DNA of 63,023 nucleotides, filler included, from Octopus bimaculoides (GCF_001194135.2; 7 parts of 7 records of this genome joined end to end with filler, not necessarily neighbours in it); one strand, 5' to 3'. Positions 10,553-22,720 are shown, counted from the whole stretch's first letter. The notes: generated by a model not told the origin, from the letters alone. Numbers and translations are program-made.

Positions 10553-12430
10553 ATGTCAGTGTGCATACTCGACAGAGTGTAAGTACCTTGAGAGATAAGT
10601 TAGACCTAAAAAGCATCAGTTGTGGTGTGCAAAAGAGACGACTGCACTGGTATAGACATGTGGCAAGAATGGATGAGGATAGCTGTGCAAAAAAGTGCCA
10701 CACCCTAGCAGTTGAGGGAACCTGTGGAAGAGGTAGACCCAGGAAGACGAGGTGGTGAAGCATGACCTTCAAACTTTAGGCCTCACCGAGGCAATGACTA
10801 GTGACCGGGACCTTTGAAAATATGCAGTATGTGAGAAGACCTGGCAAGCCAAGTGAGAGCATAAGCTGTGACCTCTGCTAGAAGTGTGGCAAGCTCACTT
10901 ATTTGTATCTTTACTAAATTGGACACTAAACTCTGCTTGCGAAGACCTGTTGAGGCAAGTGAATTTGAAATCTGAAATCAAAATCGAACCAAATCCGACG
11001 ACTGGCACCCATGCCAACCTCTCCTTCATTGGACACTAAACTCTGCTTGCAAAGACCTGTTGGGGCAAGTGAAATCGAAATTAAACCATATTCGATGACT
11101 GGCACTTGCGCCAGTGGAGCACTAACAGCACTGTCCGAGTGTGTTCATTGCCAGAGCAGCTGTCTGGCTTCTGTGCTAGTGGCCCGTAAATAGCACCATT
11201 TGAGTGTAATCGTTACCAGCGTCGTNNNNNNNNNNNNNNNNNNNNNNNNNNNNNNNNNNNNNNNNNNNNNNNNNNNNNNNNNNNNNNNNNNNNNNNNNNN
11301 NNNNNNNNNNNNNNNNNNNNNNNNNNNNNNNNNNNNNNNNNNNNNNNNNNNNNNNNNNNNNNNNNNNNNNNNNNNNNNNNNNNNNNNNNNNNNNNNNNNN
11401 NNNNNNNNNNNNNNNNNNNNNNNNNNNNNNNNNNNNNNNNNNNNNNNNNNNNNNNNNNNNNNNNNNNNNNNNNNNNNNNNNNNNNNNNNNNNNNNNNNNN
11501 NNNNNNNNNNNNNNNNNNNNNNNNNNNNNNNNNNNNNNNNNNNNNNNNNNNNNNNNNNNNNNNNNNNNNNNNNNNNNNNNNNNNNNNNNNNNNNNNNNNN
11601 NNNNNNNNNNNNNNNNNNNNNNNNNNNNNNNNNNNNNNNNNNNNNNNNNNNNNNNNNNNNNNNNNNNNNNNNNNNNNNNNNNNNNNNNNNNNNNNNNNNN
11701 NNNNNNNNNNNNNNNNNNNNNNNNNNNNNNNNNNNNNNNNNNNNNNNNNNNNNNNNNNNNNNNNNNNNNNNNNNNNNNNNNNNNNNNNNNNNNNNNNNNN
11801 NNNNNNNNNNNNNNNNNNNNNNNNNNNNNNNNNNNNNNNNNNNNNNNNNNNNNNNNNNNNNNNNNNNNNNNNNNNNNNNNNNNNNNNNNNNNNNNNNNNN
11901 NNNNNNNNNNNNNNNNNNNNNNNNNNNNNNNNNNNNNNNNNNNNNNNNNNNNNNNNNNNNNNNNNNNNNNNNNNNNNNNNNNNNNNNNNNNNNNNNNNNN
12001 NNNNNNNNNNNNNNNNNNNNNNNNNNNNNNNNNNNNNNNNNNNNNNNNNNNNNNNNNNNNNNNNNNNNNNNNNNNNNNNNNNNNNNNNNNNNNNNNNNNN
12101 NNNNNNNNNNNNNNNNNNNNNNNNNNNNNNNNNNNNNNNNNNNNNNNNNNNNNNNNNNNNNNNNNNNNNNNNNCACATAAAATACACCATTTTGAGTGTG
12201 GCCGTTGCCAGTACCGCCTGACTGGCCTTCGTGCGGGTGACACATAAAAGCACCCACTACACTCTCTGAGTGGTTGGCGTTAAGAAGGGCATCCAGCTGT
12301 AGAAACTCTGCCAAATCAGATTGGAGCCTGGTGTTGCCATCCAGTTTCACCAGTCCTCAGTCAAATCGTTCAACACATGCTAGCATGGAAAGCGGACGTT
12401 AAACAATGATGATGATGATGATGATGATGA
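10553..12430 (+). mobile_element. 5'-truncated RTE LINE: ORF C-terminus, long repetitive 3' UTR, (GAT)n tail
   Basis: LREKLDLKSISCGVQKRRLHWYRHVARMDEDSCAKKCHTLAVEGTCGRGRPRKT. Tail gatgatgat at about 12408-12430. Interrupted by a gap. Confidence 0.9.
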
Positions 12431-12446
12431 TATATATATATATATA

Positions 12447-12849
12447 TTACTCTTTTACTCTATTACTTGTTAAAGACATTTGAGTGTAGCCATGCTTGAG
12501 TACCACCTTTTAGTTGAAGAAATCAACCCCTGGACTTATTTTTTGTAAGCTTATTCTATCGAAATCTTCAGCCGAACTGCTAAGTTACAGGGACGTAAAC
12601 ATACCAACATCAGTTGCTAAGTGATTGTGGTGGGGAACAAACACTGACACAAATACACACACATAAATATATATCTATATATACAAGACAGACTTCTTTC
12701 AGTTTCCATTAACCAAATCCACTGACATGGCTTTGGTCAGCCAAAGGCTATAGTATAAGACACTTGCCCAAGGTGCCATGCAGTGGGACTGAACCTAGAA
12801 CCATGTGGTTGGGAAGTAAGCTTGTTAGCACACAGCCATGGCTGTGCCT
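12447..12849 (-). mobile_element. Near full-length family A tRNA-derived SINE
   Basis: Minus-strand head aggcacagccatggctgtgtg..ggttctaggttcagtcccactgcatggcaccttgggcaag, central AT/AC microsatellite, tail ..aagtaatagagtaaaagagtaa. Confidence 0.85.
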
Positions 12850-12857
12850 ATATATAA

Positions 12858-12896
<39 letters not shown>

Positions 12897-12967
12897 TACA
12901 AACATGTATATAAATACATAGTGAAATTAATAGAAATGAAACTAATATATATATATATAGCCAGATA

Positions 12968-13776
12968 TTTATATTTATATAAGGGCATTACTATATAATA
13001 ACGCCTCACGCCATGAGGGACTCTAAGGTCAGACTACTATAAAAAAATACATTTTTACCGAATGCGAGGAAATGCAACTCTCAAAGCCAACCCCTTAAAA
13101 AAAACGAACTAAATTATAGATCATGATTTCGTAGTTATTGTAGTATTATACAACTTCTACTCATCAGTATAATATGGTCCAGAAAAATAGAAATAAACAG
13201 TGAATCAACATACCAAACGAACACCGTGTATCCAGCATAGCATATGGACGACTGTTCATCACTATTTCCCTATGTAAGTGGCGGGAATTTTGAATTGCAT
13301 CTCGGTAAATATGCCTCTTACTCAGAATAAATTCAGCACTGAATATATTCTGGCAATATATTTAAATTCAATAATAGGACGAATTCTTTTACAAGAATTT
13401 ATCAAGTAGCTAGCGTGAAAAAAACCTCATAAGGGAAAAATTCATCATTTATTCCTGAAATATATATTTATATTTATATAAGGGCATTACTATATAATAA
13501 CGCCTCACGCCATGAGAGACTCTAAGGTCAGACTACTATAAAAAAATACATATTTACCGAATGCGAGGAAATGCAACTCTCAAAGCCAAAAATGTATTTT
13601 TTTTATAGTAGTCTGACCTTAGAGTCCCTCATGGCGTGAGGCGTTATTATATAGTAATGCCCTTATATAAATATAAATATATATTTCGGGAATAAATGAT
13701 GAATTTTTCCCTTATGAGGTTTTTTTCACGCTAGCTACTTGATAAATTCTTGTAGAAGAATTCGTCCTATTATTGA
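12968..13776 (-). mobile_element. Hammerhead-carrying non-autonomous retroelement (retrozyme / solo Penelope pLTR-like): about 1.2 units of a 499-bp monomer plus a 5' inverted segment
   Basis: aagggcattac at 12981 and 13480 (period 499). About 13590-13776 is an inverted copy of about 13365-13555. 15-bp TSD ATATATAGCCAGATA at 12953-12967 and 13777-13791. Confidence 0.85.
13113..13173 (-). ncRNA. Minimal type I hammerhead ribozyme, canonical core; predicted cleavage after AUC (between 13119 and 13118)
   Basis: Minus strand ATTATA-CTGATGA-GTAG-AAG-TTGTA-TAATAC-TACAA-TAA-CTAC-GAAA-T-CATG-A-TC^TATAAT. Perfect 6-bp stem I, stem II GTAG/CTAC plus TTGTA/TACAA, palindromic stem III (ATCATGAT). Confidence 0.88.
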
Positions 13777-13911
13777 ATATATAGCCAGATAGATAGATAT
13801 AGATATATATTTTCATTAATTTTGTTGTGTCTGGGGAGAGTCATACAGGCTTAATATCTCACATACTCACTGATTCAATTTCCACTTATTTATTATTTAC
13901 ATTTTTCTTTT

Positions 13912-16900
13912 CATCTGCTACTTCAACATCTTTTGCTACACCTTTCCCACTACATTTGGTGACCCCCAACAAAGAATGACAGCCTTCACCTCACACATCA
14001 CTAAATCAGAACTGGAAAATTCCTGCAATTAGTTGTCACACGATGACTTTACTGGAACACATTCCAAGCAGTGATTCCTTCCACCAATCCTTTCCTTTCG
14101 TTGTCCAATGCTTTGGAAAGTTCCAACTTGCGTGCATTAGTGGTGCACGGGTATCACAGATACAGGCCTTGATAGAGCAGATACATGCCCTATCACTTGG
14201 TACCCCGCGTCAAAGTAACAGCCGATCGCGTCAATTTGGTAGATGGTCCCAAAGCCCGAGTGGCACCTGTAATTCAGAGGAAACTTGTTGGTACCACTGA
14301 AGGTTCAGAACACAGGCACAGAAATGCATGATTCTATGCTTGTTTTCAGCATCTCATTTGGGAAATGACACAGCCAGGAATTGAACGCAATGGAAGTTCC
14401 TGGCTTTCACCCACAAAGTCGCCTGTTTTTCATTTGCAATCGTGTAACAGGAACACATTTCCTTGTTGACACCAGCGCAGAAGTCAGCATAATTCCTGTT
14501 TCCTGCACTTCAGGCAAAAGAAAAAAGACACAAGTCTGTCTTCAGGCAGTCAACTACTCACTGACTCCAACCTACGGTGAACAGTCCCTAACACAAAACT
14601 TAGGACGACACTGCACATTCCAGTGGGTATTCATCATCACTAAACTGCAGACACCTATCTTAGGAGCTGATTTCCATCATCTTTTCAGTCTCCTGGTAGA
14701 CATCAAGCACAGAAGACTTGGCAACAGCACCACTCAGCTCACTGTGTGTGGTATAACCGCTTGTATGGCCACAGTCAGCTCAACTATTTTGCAAATGACA
14801 ACCCATCACAGTGCTATCCTTAAAGAATACCCGGACGTCACTCGACCAGTATTCCATAATCAGCCTATCAAGCATGAAGTCACCCACCACATCAAGACCA
14901 GTGGTCCACATGTTGCTGCACGACCCCAAAGGTTACCACCAGATCGTCTCAAGGCCATCAAATGAGACTAGCACATGCTCGACCTCGGAATCATCCGACA
15001 GTCTAGCAGCAACTGGTCTTCGCCAATACACTGTGTTCCTAAGAAGTCATCAACCGATTGGCGAGTTTGTGGTGACTATCAATTGCAAAATAACTGTACC
15101 TGATGCATATCTTATCCCACTTCTACAGGACTTTTTTAGCTCATTGCATGGAGCTTGCATCTTCTCAAAGATCAACCTTGTGCGCGCTTACAATCAAATC
15201 CCTGTGGATATTCCGAAGACAGCAATCACAACACCCTTTGGAATGTTTGAATTCCTGCATATGCCTTTCGGTTTACGCAACACGGCACAACATTTTATAG
15301 ACACAGTTACCAGGTTTGCCTTTTGTCTATGCATACATAGACATACTCGTGGCCAGTAGCTCAGACGAAGAGCATGATCAACACCTGCACCTGCTATTCC
15401 AATGCCTGCGCGAATATGATATTGTTATCAACCCCAGCAAGTGTTTGGAGTTGTGTCCCTTCATTTTCTCGGGTACATTGTCGATAAGAATGGCATTTGC
15501 CCACTTCCCGAGAAAGTCAAAGCCATCATGGATTTTCCACCACCCACATCTCTCCACGAATTGTGGCAATTTCTTTGCTTGGTAAATTTCTACTGGAAAT
15601 TTTTACCCTACTGTGCAGAGACAGCCTAACCGCTCACAGATTTGCTGCGACAGCGAACATGCAAAAATACAAACATTGCCCTGAGTGAAGAACAACTTAC
15701 TGTTTTTGCTGCCTTGAAAAATGCATTATCCGACACTACCATACTGGTGTAACCCAAACCAGATGCCCCATTGTGTGTACTAGTTGATGCATCTGATTCT
15801 GGAGTTGGAGGTGTGCTCCAACAATACACTGATAATATTTGGCAACCTGTATCCTTCTTCTCCAAGTGCTTAAAACCCGCCAAGACTAAATTCAGTACCT
15901 TTGGTCGAGAATTACTGGAAGTGTATCTCACTGTCGAGCATTTTCAACACATGCTGGAAGGTGGTGTTTTCTCCATTTATACTGACCATAAACCACTGGT
16001 TTATGCCTTCAATGCCAAGCCTAATCATCACTCACCCAGGGAAATCCAACATCTGGACTTCATATCACAGTACACAACATACATTCACCACATCAAAGGT
16101 GCAAACAAGTCTGCAGTTGATGCCCTGTCACACATGGAACTTAATGCTAACCACACCACTGCTACCATTGATCTCCAGCAAATTGCAACTGATCAACAAG
16201 ATGATGAAGAACTATTACAGCTCTGGAATTCATCATCTCTGAAATTTTGGCAATCACCAATACCCTCTGCTATAGGCTATATTTAGTGCGACACCTCCAC
16301 AGGTCATGAATGTCCATATGTGCCACAGAAATATTGACATGCCGTTCTCTCTGCTTTGCATTCCCTATCACATCCTGATATCTGCACCATGCAAAAGCTG
16401 ATATCGACCCATTTTGTGTGGTCCAAGATCAACAAGGACACCCGTGATTGGGCTAAGACCTGCGTCATGTGCCAAAAAGCAAAAGTCCACCAACACATTA
16501 AATCTCCCATCGGTTCCTTTGCAACTCCAGATGCACGTTTTCAACACTTGCATATTGACATTGTTGGGCCCTTGCCTCCTTCCAACAACTGCACTCACCT
16601 GCTCACTGGTGTTGACAGATTTTCTCGCTGGCTGGAAGCTTTTCTCCTATCAGACACTTCTGCGGAAACTGTCACAAAAATACTAGTGTTTCACTGGGTT
16701 TTGCGTTTCAGGACACCCACGACAATCACCACCGACAGAGGACGTCAGTTTGATTCTCACCTTTTCACAGAGCTGACTTGTCTCCTCGAGTGTAAATACA
16801 CCTGCACAACAGCTTACCACCCCTCAGCAAGTGGCATGGTCGAATGCTTTCACCACCAACTCAAGGCAGCTATAAAAGCATATCCAGACTGCTCCAACTG

Positions 16901-18922
16901 GTTGGAATATCTTCCTCTCATCCTCCTTGGTATTCAATCCACAGTTAAGGAGTGAGTTGGACATACTCTGGCTGAACTGGTCTATGGCACAGCACTCACC
17001 TTACCTGAGCAGATGATTGACCCTGTTTCACCACAAGACTTTCCAGACCCAGCAAAATATGTGCACCGCTTATGGACATCTATGTCACATTTGTCCCCTG
17101 CAGGCCCCAGACAACAGAATATCGCTTCACATGTCCCAAAGGACATCAACACTTGGACACATTTTTTTCGTTAGAAATGATGGAATACCTTCTCAACTGC
17201 AGCCACCATATTCCAGGTCCTACAAAGTAATTCAAAAAGAACCAAAGTATTCCATTCTCGATATTGGAGGAAAATGAAATACTGTCTCTGTTGATCGCTT
17301 AAAAAAAGCATTCGTCGAAGAGGACTTACTTTCAATTCCTGCCGTTCCTCAAACGGACTCAATAACTTCAGCTTCACCTATTGCAAACACTTCTGATTCT
17401 GCACAACCCCGGCACACCAAATCAGAAAGAACAGTTCGATGGCCTGCAAGATCTGTTCAAGTCTTTCGAGTAAGTACAAACTCTTCACCTAACTATTTTC
17501 TCAATTGAAAAGTCCACAATGTCCACATCAACAAATGAAAACAAATTGTTTTTTTTCTTATGGTTATGAACAATTTACACATACAATAACCCAAGTGATT
17601 TTGCATCAGCTGTATACAAACGAAAACAAAACAAAGAACATTTTGTATAAAAATAAAAAAACATTTTTCTATATCAACTAAAAACATTTTTTTATGAACA
17701 TTATTCTGCTAAATGAACTGACTGAATCTTTTCCCAAGCGAACTTTTTGCATGAACATTTTTCATTTTTGTGTAAAATTACATTTTCTTGCATGTACATA
17801 TGCTTTGCTTTGTTTTAAAAATGTTTTGCTCTCTACATCACACCTGTATGCTTACACACACTTGCACTACTCTTATTTTAATGTGTGCTATCACTTGCTC
17901 TCCGCACCACTGAAAGACAACTTACCTCTATTAGACCTCTAGTGGGTCGCGTAATCAATAGAGTTGCATATCTCTTTCAACACGCCAGCATATTACATTT
18001 ATGCTTCTGCCTAAGCATATACACATTGCCTAACATATATTGCCCACACCAACTCTGAACGTTGATTTTTTGCCTTACTTTTTTTTTTTCATTTCTTTCA
18101 CTTCCCATGTTTTTGACATGTATTCATTTGTCTGTAAATTACGTTGTATCCATTTTTCTGCATTACACACAAAATCACACATTTTCAATATCATACACAT
18201 CTGTATCGTTCGATCTCTGTGGCTTTCTCACCAGAAGGTGGGTAGTGTGAAAACTAACACTTCCTTTTTCCGAGCTGAGATTCAAAACCGAATCTAAGGA
18301 TTCTCACTCTTCTGATCCACCACTGGCCAAACAGGCATGAAAGAAATTTCTTTGTCCTGTTAAAAAGTGTTGGATGGATTTCCCTTCGACCTATGACCTG
18401 AGCTGTGTCCTTTAAGGTGCAAGTAGACAAGAGGCGACCTACATAAGTAGACATTACTCCTGTGGTATGTCTGTTTTAGCTATCATGACCATTATAAATA
18501 CAGCAATCCATCAAGGGACTGGAAATAACCATCACCAGGCAAACTGTCAAGAGACAGTCAGCAAGTAACTTACGCCAGTCAAGCAGCCAACATAGAACCA
18601 CATATTCAGCAAAAATGACCCAACACAGTAGCAATCACAGAACATAAACAGACACCAGCGAATGATCAATGCACACACAAAACATGCCCGGTTCTACCTC
18701 ATCACATCAACACAGTATTTCTCCTGTTTATTTTCTTCTTCACCAACTCAAAACAAGTTGATAATGTCATGTAGTGAATTTTTTAGTGTATACAAGTAAA
18801 TGCAAGTGTTGATTAAATAAATTATTTAAACCACAATCTGATGCTTTCCCATTGTTTTACTTTGACGTCGTCCACATGCCTATTTCATCTGCTACCTCTT
18901 TTGCTACACCTTTCCCACTACA
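13912..18922 (+). mobile_element. Ty3/Gypsy LTR retrotransposon (CsRn1/Kabuki-like), degenerate, gag internally deleted
   Basis: LTR end ..ttttgctacacctttcccactaCA at 13954 and 18922. PBS TGGTGACCCC at 13957-13966. gag C-terminus CWYH..C..C; protease FLVDTSAEVSIIP; RT PFGMFEF..MPFGLRN..YAYIDILVAS; RNase H VLVDASDSGVGGVLQQ; integrase HSLSHP..CVMCQ..HIDIVGPLP. Many stops and frameshifts. Confidence 0.92.
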
Positions 18923-18995
18923 CCTCTATAAACATGTGTTAAAATTATATTTATATCAGGCTGCTGGTTGTAAAATAAACAATTTGGTGAATTAT

Positions 18996-19598
18996 TAATT
19001 TATTTATATAAGGGCATTACTATACATAAATGCCTCACGCTAAGAGGGACTTTAGAAGTCAAACTACCATAATAAACACATTTTTACTGAACATGAGGTA
19101 ATGCAATTCTCAAAAGCTAACCCCCTAAAAACTTTCAACTTAACGGTAAATCATGATTTCGTAATTAATGCAGTAATCTGCATCTTTTATTCATCAGTGC
19201 ACGTATGGTCAAGACACATAAAAATAAACAAAACTCAACATACCAGACGAACACTCCAAGTATCCAGCATAGTACATAGACAATTATTTATCCATATATA
19301 TCCATGAAAGAAGCGCGCTTTTTTGAATTGCACTTCGTTACATGTGTTTTTTTAAATAAAATTCAGCACTGAATGTATTAAAATTATTTATAATTTAATA
19401 ATAGGATAAGTTCTTTGTAAGAATTTATCAAGTAGTTAGCGTGAAAAAGACCTCATAAGGGAAAAACCCATCGTTTGTTCCCTATAAATATATTTATTAA
19501 TTTATTTATATAAGGGCATTACTATACATAAATGCCTCACGCTAAGAGGGACTCTAGAAGTCAAACTACCATAATAAACACATTTTTACCAAACATGA
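18996..19598 (-). mobile_element. Second insertion of the hammerhead retroelement (502-bp period)
   Basis: aagggcattac at 19010 and 19512. 10-bp TSD GGTGAATTAT at 18986-18995 and 19599-19608. Collinear but diverged from 12968-13590. Confidence 0.85.
19144..19203 (-). ncRNA. Hammerhead homologue: intact core, decayed stem I
   Basis: Minus strand CGTGCA-CTGATGA-ATAA-AAG-ATGCAG-ATTA-CTGCAT-TAA-TTAC-GAAA-T-CATG-A-TT^TACCG. Confidence 0.75.
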
Positions 19599-21276
19599 GG
19601 TGAATTATCTATTATTTTCCAAGTTTTGCTTCCCCACTCTGTATATATATATACTTTGTTTTTTGTATCTGGTTGCAAGATTCTTTATGTGAATCCATGT
19701 GTTGAAGGAAATTTTGTTGTCTCTGGGGAGAATCATACTGTATTAATGCATTATTAATTATCTAATACCCTCACCAGTTAGATTTACACTCATTTATTAT
19801 TTATATTTTTTTCTTCTAAACTTTTTATTGCTTTTCCAATCTTATCAATGGATGTTAACTGTCTGTTATTGGAGCTACATTCCCTTTTGTCTGTTCGTGT
19901 GCATGTGTGCACATTAGCATATGTGTTTGTGCATGCACATATGTATGTATGTATGTGTGAGTGTATACATATATGTATGTGAGTACGTATATATGTATTC
20001 TGCATATTAGTGTGTTTGTATGTATTTGTGCGAATGTATTTGAGTGTACCTCTGTCTCCTTGTGTGTACGTTTGAGTGTGTCTATGTGTATGAGTTTGCG
20101 TGTCAATGTATGTGTGTCAGTTATGTATGGATGTGTGTCTCCATGTCTATGTGTATGTGTGGAGTGTGTGTATGTGTGTGTGTGTACTTGTCTGTCCATA
20201 TTACCTATGTACCTATCTATCTACTTACCTATGTATCTATCTGTTTACCTACATATCCATTTACCTACCTGTATATATATTTGCCTACATAACAGCCTAC
20301 TAGCAAATATACCTATGTAAGTATATTCTCCAGGTATTGAGGTATCCTACTTTCTATGTCTATTTCCTATTTAGTATGGGGGATGTATTTGTCTGAGTGA
20401 TGGGTCTTTTAGGTGCTTGGATAAAATGCGAATCTCAAGTTGGCCCATATATATACATACATATGTAGATATATATATATATATATATTCTTTTCTACTC
20501 TAGGCACATGGCCCGAAATTTGGGGGGAGGGGGGCAGTCGATTAGATTGACTCCAGTACACAACTGGTACTTAATTTATCAACCCTGAAAGGATGNNNNN
20601 NNNNNNNNNNNNNNNNNNNNNNNNNNNNNNNNNNNNNNNNNNNNNNNNNNNNNNNNNNNNNNNNNNNNNNNNNNNNNNNNNNNNNNNNNNNNNNNNNNNN
20701 NNNNNNNNNNNNNNNNNNNNNNNNNNNNNNNNNNNNNNNNNNNNNNNNNNNNNNNNNNNNNNNNNNNNNNNNNNNNNNNNNNNNNNNNNNNNNNNNNNNN
20801 NNNNNNNNNNNNNNNNNNNNNNNNNNNNNNNNNNNNNNNNNNNNNNNNNNNNNNNNNNNNNNNNNNNNNNNNNNNNNNNNNNNNNNNNNNNNNNNNNNNN
20901 NNNNNNNNNNNNNNNNNNNNNNNNNNNNNNNNNNNNNNNNNNNNNNNNNNNNNNNNNNNNNNNNNNNNNNNNNNNNNNNNNNNNNNNNNNNNNNNNNNNN
21001 NNNNNNNNNNNNNNNNNNNNNNNNNNNNNNNNNNNNNNNNNNNNNNNNNNNNNNNNNNNNNNNNNNNNNNNNNNNNNNNNNNNNNNNNNNNNNNNNNNNN
21101 NNNNNNNNNNNNNNNNNNNNNNNNNNNNNNNNNNNNNNNNNNNNNNNNNNNNNNNNNNNNNNNNNNNNNNNNNNNNNNNNNNNNNNNNNNNNNNNNNNNN
21201 NNNNNNNNNNNNNNNNNNNNNNNNNNNNNNNNNNNNNNNNNNNNNNNNNNNNNNNNNNNNNNNNNNNNNNNNNNNN

Positions 21277-21316
<40 letters not shown>

Positions 21317-21322
21317 CATTGT

Positions 21323-22110
21323 TATCATCATCATTTAGCATCTGTTTTCGATACTGGCATGGGTTAGACCAGGGGTTGGCAAACTGGAATAATTGGTAAA
21401 CTGGAGTAAATTACCCTAAGTGGGGTAAAAATGAAATTTTGCGGGGTAATGAGGACTCATTAGTAAAATCATACAAAAAACGTGTTCCTTGTTATGACAG
21501 AAATTTTTCTTCTGGCATGAGGAGACAGTAAAAAAAGTTGTTGCCTTCTGCAACAACCTACCTTTGAAAACAAGGATTTTCCACTCTAGTGAACATAAAA
21601 ACAAAGCAGAGTAATCAATTGGAACACAGAGACTGTATCCAAATTACTCAGATGTCAAAATGTCCCAATTTTGATGATTGTAATTAAAATGAAACATCAT
21701 TTTCCCAAAACCTGAAGTGAAAAGGTTTCCAGAAAAATCCTTTTGTTTCATAATGAGGATACTAATTTATTTTATTGCATTTGTTTTATACTTTTTATAT
21801 CTATAACTGTATTCTCCATATAAATAGATTCAATAAACCTTTTGAATTCAAAGAATCTATGATTTTTCTTCCTTTCAAACCAAGGGAGTAATGTTGGCGT
21901 AAATAAATATATTTGAGGAAATTGGTTAAAAAAGTTCTCTGACTCCTGGGTTAGATGGTTTAACTGGAACTGGTAAGCCAGAGAACTGCATCAGGCTCCA
22001 GTTGTTTTGACTTCGTTTCTATTGCTGGATGCCCTTTCTAAAACCAGCCACTCCACAAAGTGTAGTGGGTACCCTTCACTTGTTACCAGCAAGGGTGCCT
22101 TTTATGTGTC
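21323..22110 (-). mobile_element. RTE 3'-tail-type element, split by a hAT MITE
   Basis: catcatcatttagcatctgttttc..ggttagac | MITE | ggttagatggtttaactg..ctggatgccctttc..cactccacaaagtgtagtggg. Confidence 0.7.
21370..21948. mobile_element. Non-autonomous hAT (Charlie-like) MITE
   Basis: Ends CAGGGGTTGGCAAACT / AGTTCTCTGACTCCTG (imperfect TIR). 8-bp TSD GGTTAGAC (21362-21369) / GGTTAGAT (21949-21956). Confidence 0.8.
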
Positions 22111-22720
22111 ACGAAGTGTGTGTGTGTGTGTGAGGGGGGGGGGTTGTGTGTGTAAAGGCAACTACAAATGGAATAGCCAGTTAATAACTTATAAAAACTG
22201 AAAAAAAGTAGGTTGATAGGTAAGAACGTACCCATAGCAAAAAAGAAAAAAGATTCAGCTACAACAGGAGTTTTGTTAAGCCTTCCAGCTACAGCCATCT
22301 CTTGCTTTCAGATAGTATATCTAGGGACCACATTACCTAATGTGTCCTTCTTACACAATGCTTGGGAATGATTTCAACAAATTTAACCATTATTTCTAGA
22401 AGGTGAAGCCTTTGAACAGATGTTACCAATGAAATAAACAAGCATAAACTTTACATCCCGTATTTTCTGGCATACAAGTCAAATTTTCCAAACCAAAATT
22501 TACAGCCATAAAAGGTAGGTCAACTTATACATGAAGATGATTTTGGGGGATCAAAAATTCCATGGGAAATGCAGCAGGATTGGAAGGATAGTGACAATGT
22601 TTGAATGTTTACACTACATGTTTACATTATACACTGCAGTTACTTGTATGCAGGAAAATACAATAACACAGAACAAACTCAAGTTTATTTTGGCTTCTTC
22701 TCTCAGGAATGTAAGTGTTA

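Noticed and set aside
10905-11225. Repeat-spacer-like pattern suggesting a CRISPR array
   Set aside because: Units are about 110-bp RTE 3' UTR modules without unique spacers, in a eukaryotic context with no cas genes.
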